A stretch of 64,000 nt of DNA from a virus: IMG/VR virus record IMGVR_UViG_3300042348_000780; one strand, 5' to 3'. The first letter of the stretch is position 1. Each line of letters opens with the position of its first letter. A model generated the notes under the pieces. It was not told the DNA's origin. It worked only from the letters and a program-made list of their open reading frames with translations, and ran no database searches. The position numbers and the translations under genes were made by a program. Of the stretch, positions 30,411-39,860 are shown piece after piece.

Positions 30411-32860
30411 AAGCAGCAGTAGATCACCATTTCGTAGGACAAACTGTTGGATTTACAGGAGGAATTCCTGCCGTTGGTATAACTGCGGGTGGTTATGATT
30501 CCACCAAGACCATGCTTTCCTCGCTCATTCGCCAAGCCACGGGAGCAAACACAGAAGACAACTATATTTCTTCAAAGCCATCAGCCATTGTGAACATTCC
30601 TGAAGTGTTTTCTTCGGGTTCGCAGTTTATGCCATCTGTATATAAGTGGTCAGATAATATTTATTGGGTATTTACCGCATCAAATGCAACTGCTGCTGCC
30701 ACGAGAACTTTGGCTCTTACCGAGTTTAATTCTAACACTCAAACTTTGACATATAAAGGATTTATTACACTTTCGGGAACAACCGTTTCTGGAGTCAAGA
30801 ATGTCCGTTCTTTACGAGCAGTTGTCTATGAGCACACTACAGGAACAGTATCAACTAGCGGATCTTCCGCCACGATTGGTGGATCAGGCACGGGATTCAC
30901 GGACGAGAGGATTGCTGTTGGCGCAAGGATTGGATTTGGAACAACCGATCCCACGGCAGTCACCACATGGTATGAAATCACAGGAATAACAAACAACACA
31001 ACCCTAACGATCAATGCTCCCGTTACTCTATCTGCTGGAACTTCGTATGTTATTGAAGAAATACGAATTGCAGTTGCCTGTACGCAATCGGGTACTAATT
31101 CTATCGTTGTGAATAGCGGTGTTCATCTCATCAAGGGGTTGAACTACAGCACATTCTCTCAAGGCGGAACCACAATTACAGAAGCAACGACTGTTGATAA
31201 CATTCGTGCTTCATACCTGTTGACCGATGCAAGAATAAACTCTGCACCAATCCAAACCTTCACAGTCACCATTGCTTCACCAGGAGTCTTTACTTGCAAT
31301 AGTCATGGACTGAGGAACGGTGATGTTGTTGTTTTGACAAGTACAGGTGCTTTGCCAACTGGACTTACGACATCTCCGACGACTGCTGCAACGCTGTATT
31401 ATGTCATCAATGCAGAGGCGAATACATTCAACCTGTCAACCACTCTCAACGGAACTGCGATCAATACCTCTGGTTCTCAGAGCGGAACTCATACCATACA
31501 CTCTCATGCAAAGAATGTGTCGGCAACTCTTGCTCTTGACAATGAGGTTAGCAAGACAGACCACAGCATCTACTTGGTGTCAACATATACAACCGCTTGT
31601 TCAATAACCAAGTACAACCTCAGAGCGGCATTGACTGTTGGTGCGATGGGTTCGTTCATTACCGCAGGAACGAGTCCAAGTGCCTATGTGCTATCCACAA
31701 CGACACAAGCGGTCACGGGAACACCATCACAGGTAAATTCTGGAAGAATATTTACAGTAAATCATGGTTCCGCATCTGGAATAAAAAGTCTTTACTTTAC
31801 AACAAACACAAGAATTTACCGTTGTCCATATGCCAATCTTACCAGTGGATCTATAACCTGGTTGGAAGACGCAATGCTTGAAGTCCCACCAGGCGGTAGT
31901 GTCACATATACCGCTACAACAACCATGTCACAGGTTGAATATTCGACATTACTCGACCGATTGTTCGTGACAACCACAAGTGGACGATTTGGAACCTATG
32001 TGACCCCGTATGTCACGGATGGATCGCAGTTTGAAAAGTTGGTCGGTGCTAACTTGAACAGATTGAAGTTGACCACAACCGCTTCGGGCGCAATCGATGG
32101 TCTGTTCCCTCAAGCAACAATGACCATATGGACTGAAGATGGATGGATGTTCGCCATACCCGCAACCACGACATCGGGATCGAATTGGCTGTATGTATTC
32201 CCGTTCGGTGCAGATGCGTACTACGAGTCAACGACCCGTCAGGGGGTCATCACTCCAAAACTTGCAACTACAAATGCCACTAAACTTTATCATGCGTATG
32301 TTGACCATCAAGAATACGCTGGCGACTATGGGTTGGGATTCCCCGTTGAGTCCTACAAGATGTGGTATCGCACAAGTGGCATAGACGATAATAGTGGTGC
32401 ATGGACAGAAACTGCTATAGGAGCGGATTTGGAAGCCGCTGCTGTATCTGATTACATTCAATTCAAGATTGCGTTTGACATCATGGGCGAACTCTGCGTT
32501 CCCACTCGCATATACTCTATTGCTTGTTTGTATGAGGACTCCAATCAGGATTCACATTATCAGCCGTCTCTGTCAAAATCTTCTACGGCAAGCAAGATAT
32601 TCGCATGGAAACAGGTTGCTGCATGGGGATCAAATATCCCAAATATGAGAATTCGTTTGTATGATGCAAGCAACAACAATGAACTACTGAATGATACTGT
32701 CACTCTGTCCTCCTACGGTACATGGCAGTATTCGACAGATGGAACTAATTGGAGTTCTTGGAATGCGGCACAGGATACAGTAGGCAATTATATTCGCTAC
32801 ACAGCAACTAGTTTTGGATATAGTGGAGTAACCGTTCGCGCACTTCTTACACAGGCATAA
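30407..32860 (+). CDS. Large Thr/Ser-rich putative virion/fibre protein
   Basis: 817 aa with a [17 protein letters not shown] module; visibly higher GC than the flanks. Confidence 0.65.
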   Translation: MKAAVDHHFVGQTVGFTGGIPAVGITAGGYDSTKTMLSSLIRQATGANTEDNYISSKPSAIVNIPEVFSSGSQFMPSVYKWSDNIYWVFTASNATAAATRTLALTEFNSNTQTLTYKGFITLSGTTVSGVKNVRSLRAVVYEHTTGTVSTSGSSATIGGSGTGFTDERIAVGARIGFGTTDPTAVTTWYEITGITNNTTLTINAPVTLSAGTSYVIEEIRIAVACTQSGTNSIVVNSGVHLIKGLNYSTFSQGGTTITEATTVDNIRASYLLTDARINSAPIQTFTVTIASPGVFTCNSHGLRNGDVVVLTSTGALPTGLTTSPTTAATLYYVINAEANTFNLSTTLNGTAINTSGSQSGTHTIHSHAKNVSATLALDNEVSKTDHSIYLVSTYTTACSITKYNLRAALTVGAMGSFITAGTSPSAYVLSTTTQAVTGTPSQVNSGRIFTVNHGSASGIKSLYFTTNTRIYRCPYANLTSGSITWLEDAMLEVPPGGSVTYTATTTMSQVEYSTLLDRLFVTTTSGRFGTYVTPYVTDGSQFEKLVGANLNRLKLTTTASGAIDGLFPQATMTIWTEDGWMFAIPATTTSGSNWLYVFPFGADAYYESTTRQGVITPKLATTNATKLYHAYVDHQEYAGDYGLGFPVESYKMWYRTSGIDDNSGAWTETAIGADLEAAAVSDYIQFKIAFDIMGELCVPTRIYSIACLYEDSNQDSHYQPSLSKSSTASKIFAWKQVAAWGSNIPNMRIRLYDASNNNELLNDTVTLSSYGTWQYSTDGTNWSSWNAAQDTVGNYIRYTATSFGYSGVTVRALLTQA

Positions 32861-32861
32861 T

Positions 32862-33002
32862 ATGGATGATATAATTTTCTATAGCGCATACTTTTTTCTT
32901 GATATGCCAATACAAGAGATTGGAACTGTATCTAAGTTAGAACCAGACGGGTCTTGGTTTGAGTTGAGATTGGCTTTGCCTGAACGAATCAGCATTGCAT
33001 GA
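32862..33002 (+). CDS. Small hypothetical protein (46 aa)
   Basis: ATG directly after the upstream stop; MDDIIFYSAY...ERISIA*. Confidence 0.4.
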   Translation: MDDIIFYSAYFFLDMPIQEIGTVSKLEPDGSWFELRLALPERISIA

Positions 33003-33084
33003 TGTTTGATACTTAAAGCTTGTATATTAAAGGTATAAGTGGTGGAGAATTTTCGACAGCAACAGATATTTAAAGGAAAATATT

Positions 33085-33516
33085 ATGCCAGCATCAAGAT
33101 ATGACATATACGCAGAACAAGGAACAACATTTAAACTTCATCTTGATTACAAATATCAAGGTGGAACTGGTATTGATTTAGCAAATTTTACTGGTGAATT
33201 GCAAGTAAGACGATCATCAAAAGATTCTAATGTTATTTTATTTTTAAGTAATAGGGGAGTCACTGGTGGTGGAAATACAGGTGAATTCATCGCAGGAACA
33301 AATGGTATTGCTGGTATAGGTGGTATAAGTTTTAATACTTCTATAAGTGGATCTACTGGTTATACTGGTGGTATCTTATTGCGGGTAGATGCAAATACAA
33401 TGAAATTTGTTCCAAATGGAAAACATTTTTATGATTTTGAAATTACAAATACTTTGGGAGAAGTGTCAAGATTAATTGAAGGTAGTTTTGAGGTATCTAG
33501 AGAAATAACGAGATAA
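33085..33516 (+). CDS. Putative virion/baseplate-associated Ig-like protein
   Basis: YDIYAEQGTTF, QVRR, YDFEI, RLIEGSFEV; AAGGA RBS. Confidence 0.65.
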   Translation: MPASRYDIYAEQGTTFKLHLDYKYQGGTGIDLANFTGELQVRRSSKDSNVILFLSNRGVTGGGNTGEFIAGTNGIAGIGGISFNTSISGSTGYTGGILLRVDANTMKFVPNGKHFYDFEITNTLGEVSRLIEGSFEVSREITR

Positions 33517-34580
33517 TGTCTAACATAGGTAATATCGCCACACTAACAATTACCTCATTTCAAAGTGTTGGTGAGTTATCTATTACCTCATTTCCAGTAT
33601 CAAAAAATTTAGTAGTAAATAATAATTCATCCTCAACTATAAATGTTAGTCCAAATATTGTAACTAAATTATTAGTTGAAAAAACATCTACACCTACTAT
33701 TTTATATCCATCTTATCCTGGTGTTGCTTTATCTGGTCCTCAAGGTATTCAAGGTATTCAGGGTCCAACTGGACCAACTGGACCTACTGGTAGTATAGGT
33801 CCAACTGGACCCACTGGATTGGATGGTATTTCTGGTTACGGATATACTGGTGCTGAAGTAATAAATGGATTTCTTTATATTTCACAAGTAAATCCTGTAG
33901 GAATTATAGGTTCTCCATATTCTATTGGATATGTTCGCGGAATCACTGGTCCTACTGGACCAACTGGATCAATAGAAGTTTATGTCAGAACTTTAGAGGG
34001 TCTTTCAGGTAATATAGACTTGTATCCTGGAAGGGCAATGTCGATTGGTGCATGTGGTCCAAATTATATTATTTTCAGTGTAAATAAAGCACAGACTGAT
34101 AAATCATATAGTGATTCTTCTGCTGGTGTTGCTGTATTTGATTCTGATGATTTTAGAATTGCTGGAGATGGAATTGTAAGATTAAATAAAACAACACTTA
34201 AATCACAATCTGGTAACTTTTCGTCTGCAAGTGATTTTTCTGTTACTTTTCGTGGTGGTACAGGTCAGGCAATATCTACACAAATAAATGGCAACGATTT
34301 ATATTTTAATATTGCAAAGGCAAGCACTGGTGTTTGTGGTGTTGCTTATTACGATTCTTCAGATTTCAATGTAGCAACTGATGGTAAAGTCACACTAAAT
34401 GGTGCTGTCAGGTCTTTAAATGGATGTACTGGATTATTGGGTATTTGTGGAACTTCTGGGGAAATAGAAGTAACAAAAAGTTGTCCAAATATTATAATAG
34501 GTCTTCCAGATTCAGTAAATATAAATAATTTAAATATTTCGGGGTCAATAACTGGTCTTATCGACGGCGGTTTATATTAA
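33516..34580 (+). CDS. Fibre-like protein with a short collagen tract
   Basis: GPQGIQG..GPTGPTG, repeated GVA.FDSSDF, C-terminal IDGGLY. Confidence 0.65.
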   Translation: MSNIGNIATLTITSFQSVGELSITSFPVSKNLVVNNNSSSTINVSPNIVTKLLVEKTSTPTILYPSYPGVALSGPQGIQGIQGPTGPTGPTGSIGPTGPTGLDGISGYGYTGAEVINGFLYISQVNPVGIIGSPYSIGYVRGITGPTGPTGSIEVYVRTLEGLSGNIDLYPGRAMSIGACGPNYIIFSVNKAQTDKSYSDSSAGVAVFDSDDFRIAGDGIVRLNKTTLKSQSGNFSSASDFSVTFRGGTGQAISTQINGNDLYFNIAKASTGVCGVAYYDSSDFNVATDGKVTLNGAVRSLNGCTGLLGICGTSGEIEVTKSCPNIIIGLPDSVNINNLNISGSITGLIDGGLY

Positions 34581-34588
34581 TATAAATA
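34581..34588 (+). promoter_or_regulatory. T4-type late promoter TATAAATA
   Basis: Exact consensus. Confidence 0.65.
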
Positions 34589-34607
34589 GAAATAAGGATA
34601 ATTAATC

Positions 34608-36266
34608 ATGTCTACCATTAAGATTAAGAGAACAACGGGATCTAGCGCACCAACTGGACTTACATTTGGTGAACCAGCATATGTACAGGGATTAAAATCT
34701 CTTTATATGGGTCAAACAGCAGGAGATCCTGCAATTCGAATTGGTGCTGAGGTAGACACAAATACTTCTCTTGGTTCGAGTGATAATAAATTACCAACAC
34801 AGAATGCCGTTAAGACATATGTTGATAATGCTGTTGCTGGTGCTGGTACAAATACATTTAATCAGATCGCAGTATCTGGTCAAGATGGATTGACTGCTGA
34901 TGCCGCAAGTGATGTTTTAACATTCGCTGCTGGTACTGGTATAGCATTAACGACTACAGCAGCATCAGATATAGTAACATTTACCAACGTAGGTGTTCAA
35001 TCTCTTGCTGGAACCTCGAATCAAATTACAGTTTCTGGATCTACTGGTGCTGTGACATTATCACTTCCATCAACGGTCACTGTTCCTGGAGCATTGAACG
35101 TAACAACCAATCTAACGGTTACTGGTAATTTAACAGTAAACGGAACTACCACGACTGTAAATAGTGACGTAATTACGGTTGATGATCCTGTTATTATCTT
35201 GGGTACATCTGGTGGCGTTCCAATCGCCGCATCTGATGGTGGTAAAGATCGTGGTATTGCATTCAATTATTTTGATACCGCTGGAAGAACTGGTTTCTTT
35301 GGTTATGATGCGAGTGCAAATGAATTTGTATTCATGAATCGCGCCACAGTAACTAATGATGTTGCTGCTGGTTTATCATTCGGTAATGTTCGCGTTGGTT
35401 CTTCATTAATATTGCAACCAAATGCTGGTTCAACCAATACTATAACTGCACCAGAAAGTGCTGGTAATAGAATATATACATTAAGTGCAGACTACGGTGG
35501 TGAATTGGTTGCATCTGGAACTTATCCAACAAACACTGGATATATTCTCAAATCAAATTACTCTTTAGGTACTCCTACAGCACCAACATGGATAGATCCA
35601 TCGGCAGCAGGATTTACTGCATATGCTTCAACTAGACTTGCTACTGCAAGAACTATAGGTATTACTGGAGACATTGATGGCACTGCTACATCATTCGATG
35701 GTACAGCAAATATTAATATATCAGCACAGATTGCTGCTGGTTCTATTGTTAACGCAGATATCAATGCATCTGCTGCCATAGTAGATACTAAACTTGCAAC
35801 GATTTCAACCGCAGATAAAGTTTCTATCTCAGCACTTAATATTGATGGTGGTACTGATATCGGTGCAGCACTTGCTGACGCTGATCTTATCATTGTCGAT
35901 GATGGTGGTGCTGGTACAAATAGAAAATCAGCAGTAACTAGAATTTATGAATATGTGTTCGGTAAAGTTTCTGGTGATATCACAATCAACTCAACAGGTG
36001 TGGCAGCAATCGGTTCTGGTGTAATCGTTAATGCTGATATCAATGCTTCAGCAGCAATTGCTGATACAAAACTCGATACAATTTCTACAGCAAATAAGGT
36101 ATCGCTTACTGCTCTAGATATAGATGGCGGCACAGAAACCACAACTATCGTTGGGTCAGACCTTCTCATAGTTGATGATGGAGCAAACGGAACAAATAGA
36201 AAAGTAACTGTAAATAATTTGTTTGGAGCAAATAGCACAGCAACAGTTGACGGTGGTTCTTACTAA
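34608..36266 (+). CDS. Tail-fibre-like virion protein
   Basis: IKIKR...P.GL..GE N-terminus, GNLTVNGTTTTVNS, duplicated IVNADINASAAI..., C-terminal DGGSY. Confidence 0.7.
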   Translation: MSTIKIKRTTGSSAPTGLTFGEPAYVQGLKSLYMGQTAGDPAIRIGAEVDTNTSLGSSDNKLPTQNAVKTYVDNAVAGAGTNTFNQIAVSGQDGLTADAASDVLTFAAGTGIALTTTAASDIVTFTNVGVQSLAGTSNQITVSGSTGAVTLSLPSTVTVPGALNVTTNLTVTGNLTVNGTTTTVNSDVITVDDPVIILGTSGGVPIAASDGGKDRGIAFNYFDTAGRTGFFGYDASANEFVFMNRATVTNDVAAGLSFGNVRVGSSLILQPNAGSTNTITAPESAGNRIYTLSADYGGELVASGTYPTNTGYILKSNYSLGTPTAPTWIDPSAAGFTAYASTRLATARTIGITGDIDGTATSFDGTANINISAQIAAGSIVNADINASAAIVDTKLATISTADKVSISALNIDGGTDIGAALADADLIIVDDGGAGTNRKSAVTRIYEYVFGKVSGDITINSTGVAAIGSGVIVNADINASAAIADTKLDTISTANKVSLTALDIDGGTETTTIVGSDLLIVDDGANGTNRKVTVNNLFGANSTATVDGGSY

Positions 36267-36283
36267 TTACATGGAGTTAATTT

Positions 36284-36790
36284 ATGGAAAATGTGAATTA
36301 TAATGAAAAGGTGTTGTTGCCATTTCTTGAAAAGAAATGTAAAGATCTATTGAATTTAAATTTTGTATTAGAAGCAAAACTTCTAGTAGAACAAAACAAA
36401 GTCAAAGATTTTGAAAGTCATATTCAGAACGAGAATGATCAAGTTCAACGACTTTTAAATGATTTGCAACATGCAAATACAACAATAAATCAGATTCAAT
36501 CTGAAAGAAATAGAATTGAGTCTGAGAGAAATGAATTACTTTCAAATGATTTGCAACATGCAAATACAACAATAAATCAGATTCAAAATGAAAGAAATAA
36601 ATTTGAGTCTGAGAGAAATGAATTACTGAATAAGTGTATACGAGAAGAGTCGTTGAAGAACAATGCCATATCAGAATACAACTCATTGAATGCTAAATAC
36701 AATGAGTTGTTGGAAAAAATAAAACTACTCGAAGAAGAGTCAAAGAAGAAGTCTGTTAAGAAAGTTACTCATACAGCAGCAATGATTTGA
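36284..36790 (+). CDS. Coiled-coil protein with an internal 29-aa duplication
   Basis: NDLQHANTTINQIQ.ERN..ESERNELL occurs twice. Confidence 0.65.
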   Translation: MENVNYNEKVLLPFLEKKCKDLLNLNFVLEAKLLVEQNKVKDFESHIQNENDQVQRLLNDLQHANTTINQIQSERNRIESERNELLSNDLQHANTTINQIQNERNKFESERNELLNKCIREESLKNNAISEYNSLNAKYNELLEKIKLLEEESKKKSVKKVTHTAAMI

Positions 36791-36791
36791 T

Positions 36792-38258
36792 ATGGCAAAA
36801 GTAATCACCAAAAATTCATTCACACCTGGTTCTGCTCCATCTGGTTTATCTGCTGGAGAGATCGCAGTCAATGTTGCCGACAAGAAAATATTTGTTGGTA
36901 ATGCTGTTGGTGGTGTTGTAACTTTGCATGATCAAAATGCAGTTGTTACTTCGGTAAATGGTGCTACTGGTGCTGTTACAAATATTAATGCAGCAACTTC
37001 TACGATAACAAATACAAACAGTTCATCAACATTCTATCCTGCATTTGTTGGTGGAACAGGTAATACTGGATTTTTCATAGATGCTGTTTCTACACCATTA
37101 AGTTATGTTCCATCTTCTGGAACCGTTAGTGCAAGAGCATTTGATGCTACTTTTACAACAAATCAAGTTAAATTAGATGCTGCATTGGGTTCTATATTCA
37201 ATACAGATGGAACGAATACAAATACAGTTGTAGCGTATGGTTTTGAATATAGTGGTGCTTCTCCATATTTAATTTCTTCGGGATATCAAAGAATATTTTT
37301 AGTCACACAAGGATTACAAATATCTGATGGTGATTATGATCAGATCTATGGTCCGTCAACTTGGGGTTATACATTCCCTGCTTCAAATGGAACTAGCGGA
37401 CAGGCAATGCTCACAAATGGAAGTGGGCAACTTTATTGGGGTACAGTTTCAAGTAGTTCTTCATCTGGTGTATCGTCATTCAATGGACTAACAGGTGCAG
37501 TTGTCGGTGTCTCATCAGTAAATGGACTAACAGGTGCAGTTACGAATGTTGCCAGAACAAATGAAGGAAATACATTCAGCGTTCTTCAAGTTATGAATGC
37601 TGGTATAACATCCGCTAGTCTTTATGTGACAAGCGGAACAACACTTGGTACTTTATCTGCTACATCAACAAGCAATACTGTGGACATCATTGCCTCTACC
37701 GATGGTGCGGGTCTGCGAATTGCACAGGCAACATCTGGTGCTTCAAGCAGAACTGGTGCTATAAGACTTGGAAGAGCGTCAACATCAACATTCAATACTT
37801 ACCTTGAAAATGTTGCTGGTGTATTCACGATATACAATGGAGTTGGAAATACTGGTACAAATCTATTTAATATTGATACCACCGATGCTCAATTTAATGT
37901 TCCTATTGCTGGAGCAACTTTTAGTGCTGCTGTTGTTTCTGACGGTGGATATAGAATCACTTCAAATGCAATCAATGCCCTGACAGGAACGACATATTCT
38001 TTATTAACTACTGATAATGGTAAAATCATTACATGGAGCAATGCTGGTGGAGTTACCCTCACCGTTCCATCAGGTTTGCCTGTAGGATTCAATACTACTG
38101 TGATTCAGATAGGTGCTGGTGCAGTTGGAATCACTGGATCGGGAACAACACTTAATAGTTTTGAAGGTAAACGTAGGACTGCTGGTCAACACGCTGCGGT
38201 AAGTATTATATCTTACAGTAGCAATGTGTTCAATATTGCAGGAGGGTTGACCGCATGA
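36792..38258 (+). CDS. Tail-fibre-like virion protein
   Basis: P.GLSAGEIAVN, VTSVNGATGAV repeats, C-terminal LTVPSGLPVGF...Q.G.G domain. Confidence 0.7.
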   Translation: MAKVITKNSFTPGSAPSGLSAGEIAVNVADKKIFVGNAVGGVVTLHDQNAVVTSVNGATGAVTNINAATSTITNTNSSSTFYPAFVGGTGNTGFFIDAVSTPLSYVPSSGTVSARAFDATFTTNQVKLDAALGSIFNTDGTNTNTVVAYGFEYSGASPYLISSGYQRIFLVTQGLQISDGDYDQIYGPSTWGYTFPASNGTSGQAMLTNGSGQLYWGTVSSSSSSGVSSFNGLTGAVVGVSSVNGLTGAVTNVARTNEGNTFSVLQVMNAGITSASLYVTSGTTLGTLSATSTSNTVDIIASTDGAGLRIAQATSGASSRTGAIRLGRASTSTFNTYLENVAGVFTIYNGVGNTGTNLFNIDTTDAQFNVPIAGATFSAAVVSDGGYRITSNAINALTGTTYSLLTTDNGKIITWSNAGGVTLTVPSGLPVGFNTTVIQIGAGAVGITGSGTTLNSFEGKRRTAGQHAAVSIISYSSNVFNIAGGLTA

Positions 38259-38725
38259 TTATTCCTAGTTCAACCCACGGTGTCATTGCTTCTAGTAGAC
38301 CAAGAGTGGTCGCTGCTGGTGGTGGGGGTGATGTCACTCCAAACGCTGTGAATTGGGCAGATCTTTCTTATGACAATGATAGCGGTTTATATGGTTATTC
38401 AGAAAAACAAATAACAGGCATAAACGAAACTATAACTTTAAAAGTGGAACTCAATAACAGCTTTGGGTTTACAATATATTATTTTGTTTCGAGTAGTGCT
38501 GGTGCGAAAGTTTCAGGCGATGCGACATCGGCAACAAGTCCATCTGGTTTTGGTATGAACTCGATTGCAAACAATGGAACATTTACAGTCACAAATAATC
38601 AGTATGTAACATTTGGTGCAACGATATCTTGTTTTATAAGCAATCCTGTAGTAACAGTAAAAAACCAATCTGACAGCAATGCAACACTTGACACATTTTT
38701 GCTTACATACGGAGGAGAATGTTAA
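38255..38725 (+). CDS. Small putative fibre-associated protein
   Basis: GVIASS N-terminus; ATGA coupling to the upstream fibre gene. Confidence 0.55.
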   Translation: MIIPSSTHGVIASSRPRVVAAGGGGDVTPNAVNWADLSYDNDSGLYGYSEKQITGINETITLKVELNNSFGFTIYYFVSSSAGAKVSGDATSATSPSGFGMNSIANNGTFTVTNNQYVTFGATISCFISNPVVTVKNQSDSNATLDTFLLTYGGEC

Positions 38726-38731
38726 TAACAT

Positions 38732-38895
38732 ATGCCACTCAATTTTCCAAACTCACCTTCACTAGATCAAATATACACCGTTGGTTCAAACTCATGACAA
38801 TAGTAATGCAACCAAAAGGAATTGATATAATTCATGAGGCATACATGTATTTTAAAGGATATGCACAAGAATTCTATGATGCACAGGATGTTTAA
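38732..38895 (+). pseudogene. Remnants of two fibre-module genes
   Basis: MPLNFPNSPSLDQIYTVGSNS* (38732-38797) resembles the N-termini of 25318 and 27382. MQPKGIDIIHEAYMYFKGYAQEFYDAQDV* (38806-38895) resembles the C-terminus of 28785..29093. Confidence 0.6.
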
Positions 38896-38898
38896 TAT

Positions 38899-38926
38899 TT
38901 GACAAGTTAATTATTTGTGATATAAT
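38899..38926 (+). promoter_or_regulatory. sigma70-type promoter
   Basis: TTGACA-16-TATAAT with a TG extension; ATG at 38933. Confidence 0.7.
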
Positions 38927-38932
38927 TTTATT

Positions 38933-39463
38933 ATGAACACTCTAAAAGTCTACAAAAAATATCCAGATGTAAAAAATATTGAATTTGCTACAAAAAATTC
39001 AGCATGTTTTGATATCTGTGCATACATTCCATATCAACAATCTGTAAAAGCATTTACAACGACAAACGATGATGTAGAAAAACTAGCAGTTCAGGAAGTA
39101 GGATCTGAATGTTTTATTGAACTTCCTCCTCAATGGAGAGCATTGATTCCTACAGGTCTTGTGCTCGATATTCCAAATTTTCACTGCGTTAAAATTTATG
39201 CAAGGTCTGGTCTTTCTACTAAAAAGGGATTGAATCTTATCAATTCTACTGGTATAATTGACCCTGATTATGTTCAAGAACTTTTTATTCCTATCTTTAA
39301 TAACTCTCAGCAGAAGTTGAGAATTTCAAATGGAGATAGGATTGCACAAGGTAAACTTGAACTCTTGACACTACATGGCATAGAATACATAAATGAACGA
39401 CCAGAACGAAAAAGTGATCGTGATGGTGGATTTGGATCTACTGGAGTAAATTATGCGAAGTGA
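38933..39463 (+). CDS. dut: dUTPase (trimeric)
   Basis: SACFD, ARSGLS, GIIDPDY, GDRIAQ, RDGGFGSTG. Confidence 0.95.
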   Translation: MNTLKVYKKYPDVKNIEFATKNSACFDICAYIPYQQSVKAFTTTNDDVEKLAVQEVGSECFIELPPQWRALIPTGLVLDIPNFHCVKIYARSGLSTKKGLNLINSTGIIDPDYVQELFIPIFNNSQQKLRISNGDRIAQGKLELLTLHGIEYINERPERKSDRDGGFGSTGVNYAK

Positions 39464-39860
39464 AGAACTATTTAAAATCCATGAACAAATATGCAATGAA
39501 GCATTAGAACTCATGAAAAAGAAAAACCATGACTATGCTGGTAAATCTGGAAATGATCCATTTGCCAACTTTACTAGAGCAGAAGCCATGGGAATCACAA
39601 CGACTGAAAAGGGAATGCTTGTCCGAATGCTCGACAAGATGAGTCGTTTATCTTCTTTTATGGATGCAAAAGAATTCAAAGTTGAAAATGAAAAATTAGA
39701 AGATACGATTAAGGATATGATAAATTACTCTATTCTTTTATATGCATACATGCAAGATAAGAATGAGTCACCACCATATACTGACATTGATTATATTGAT
39801 ATAGAGTGGAATAATAAGGGTGGAATTGTTCCTGATTCAGAAGATCCGAAGGTAGTATGA
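39453..39860 (+). CDS. Nucleotide-modification-associated / all-alpha NTP pyrophosphohydrolase-like protein (DUF1599-like)
   Basis: KKNHDY...DPFANF, RM.DK..R, EDT..DM.NY. Confidence 0.65.
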   Translation: MRSEELFKIHEQICNEALELMKKKNHDYAGKSGNDPFANFTRAEAMGITTTEKGMLVRMLDKMSRLSSFMDAKEFKVENEKLEDTIKDMINYSILLYAYMQDKNESPPYTDIDYIDIEWNNKGGIVPDSEDPKVV

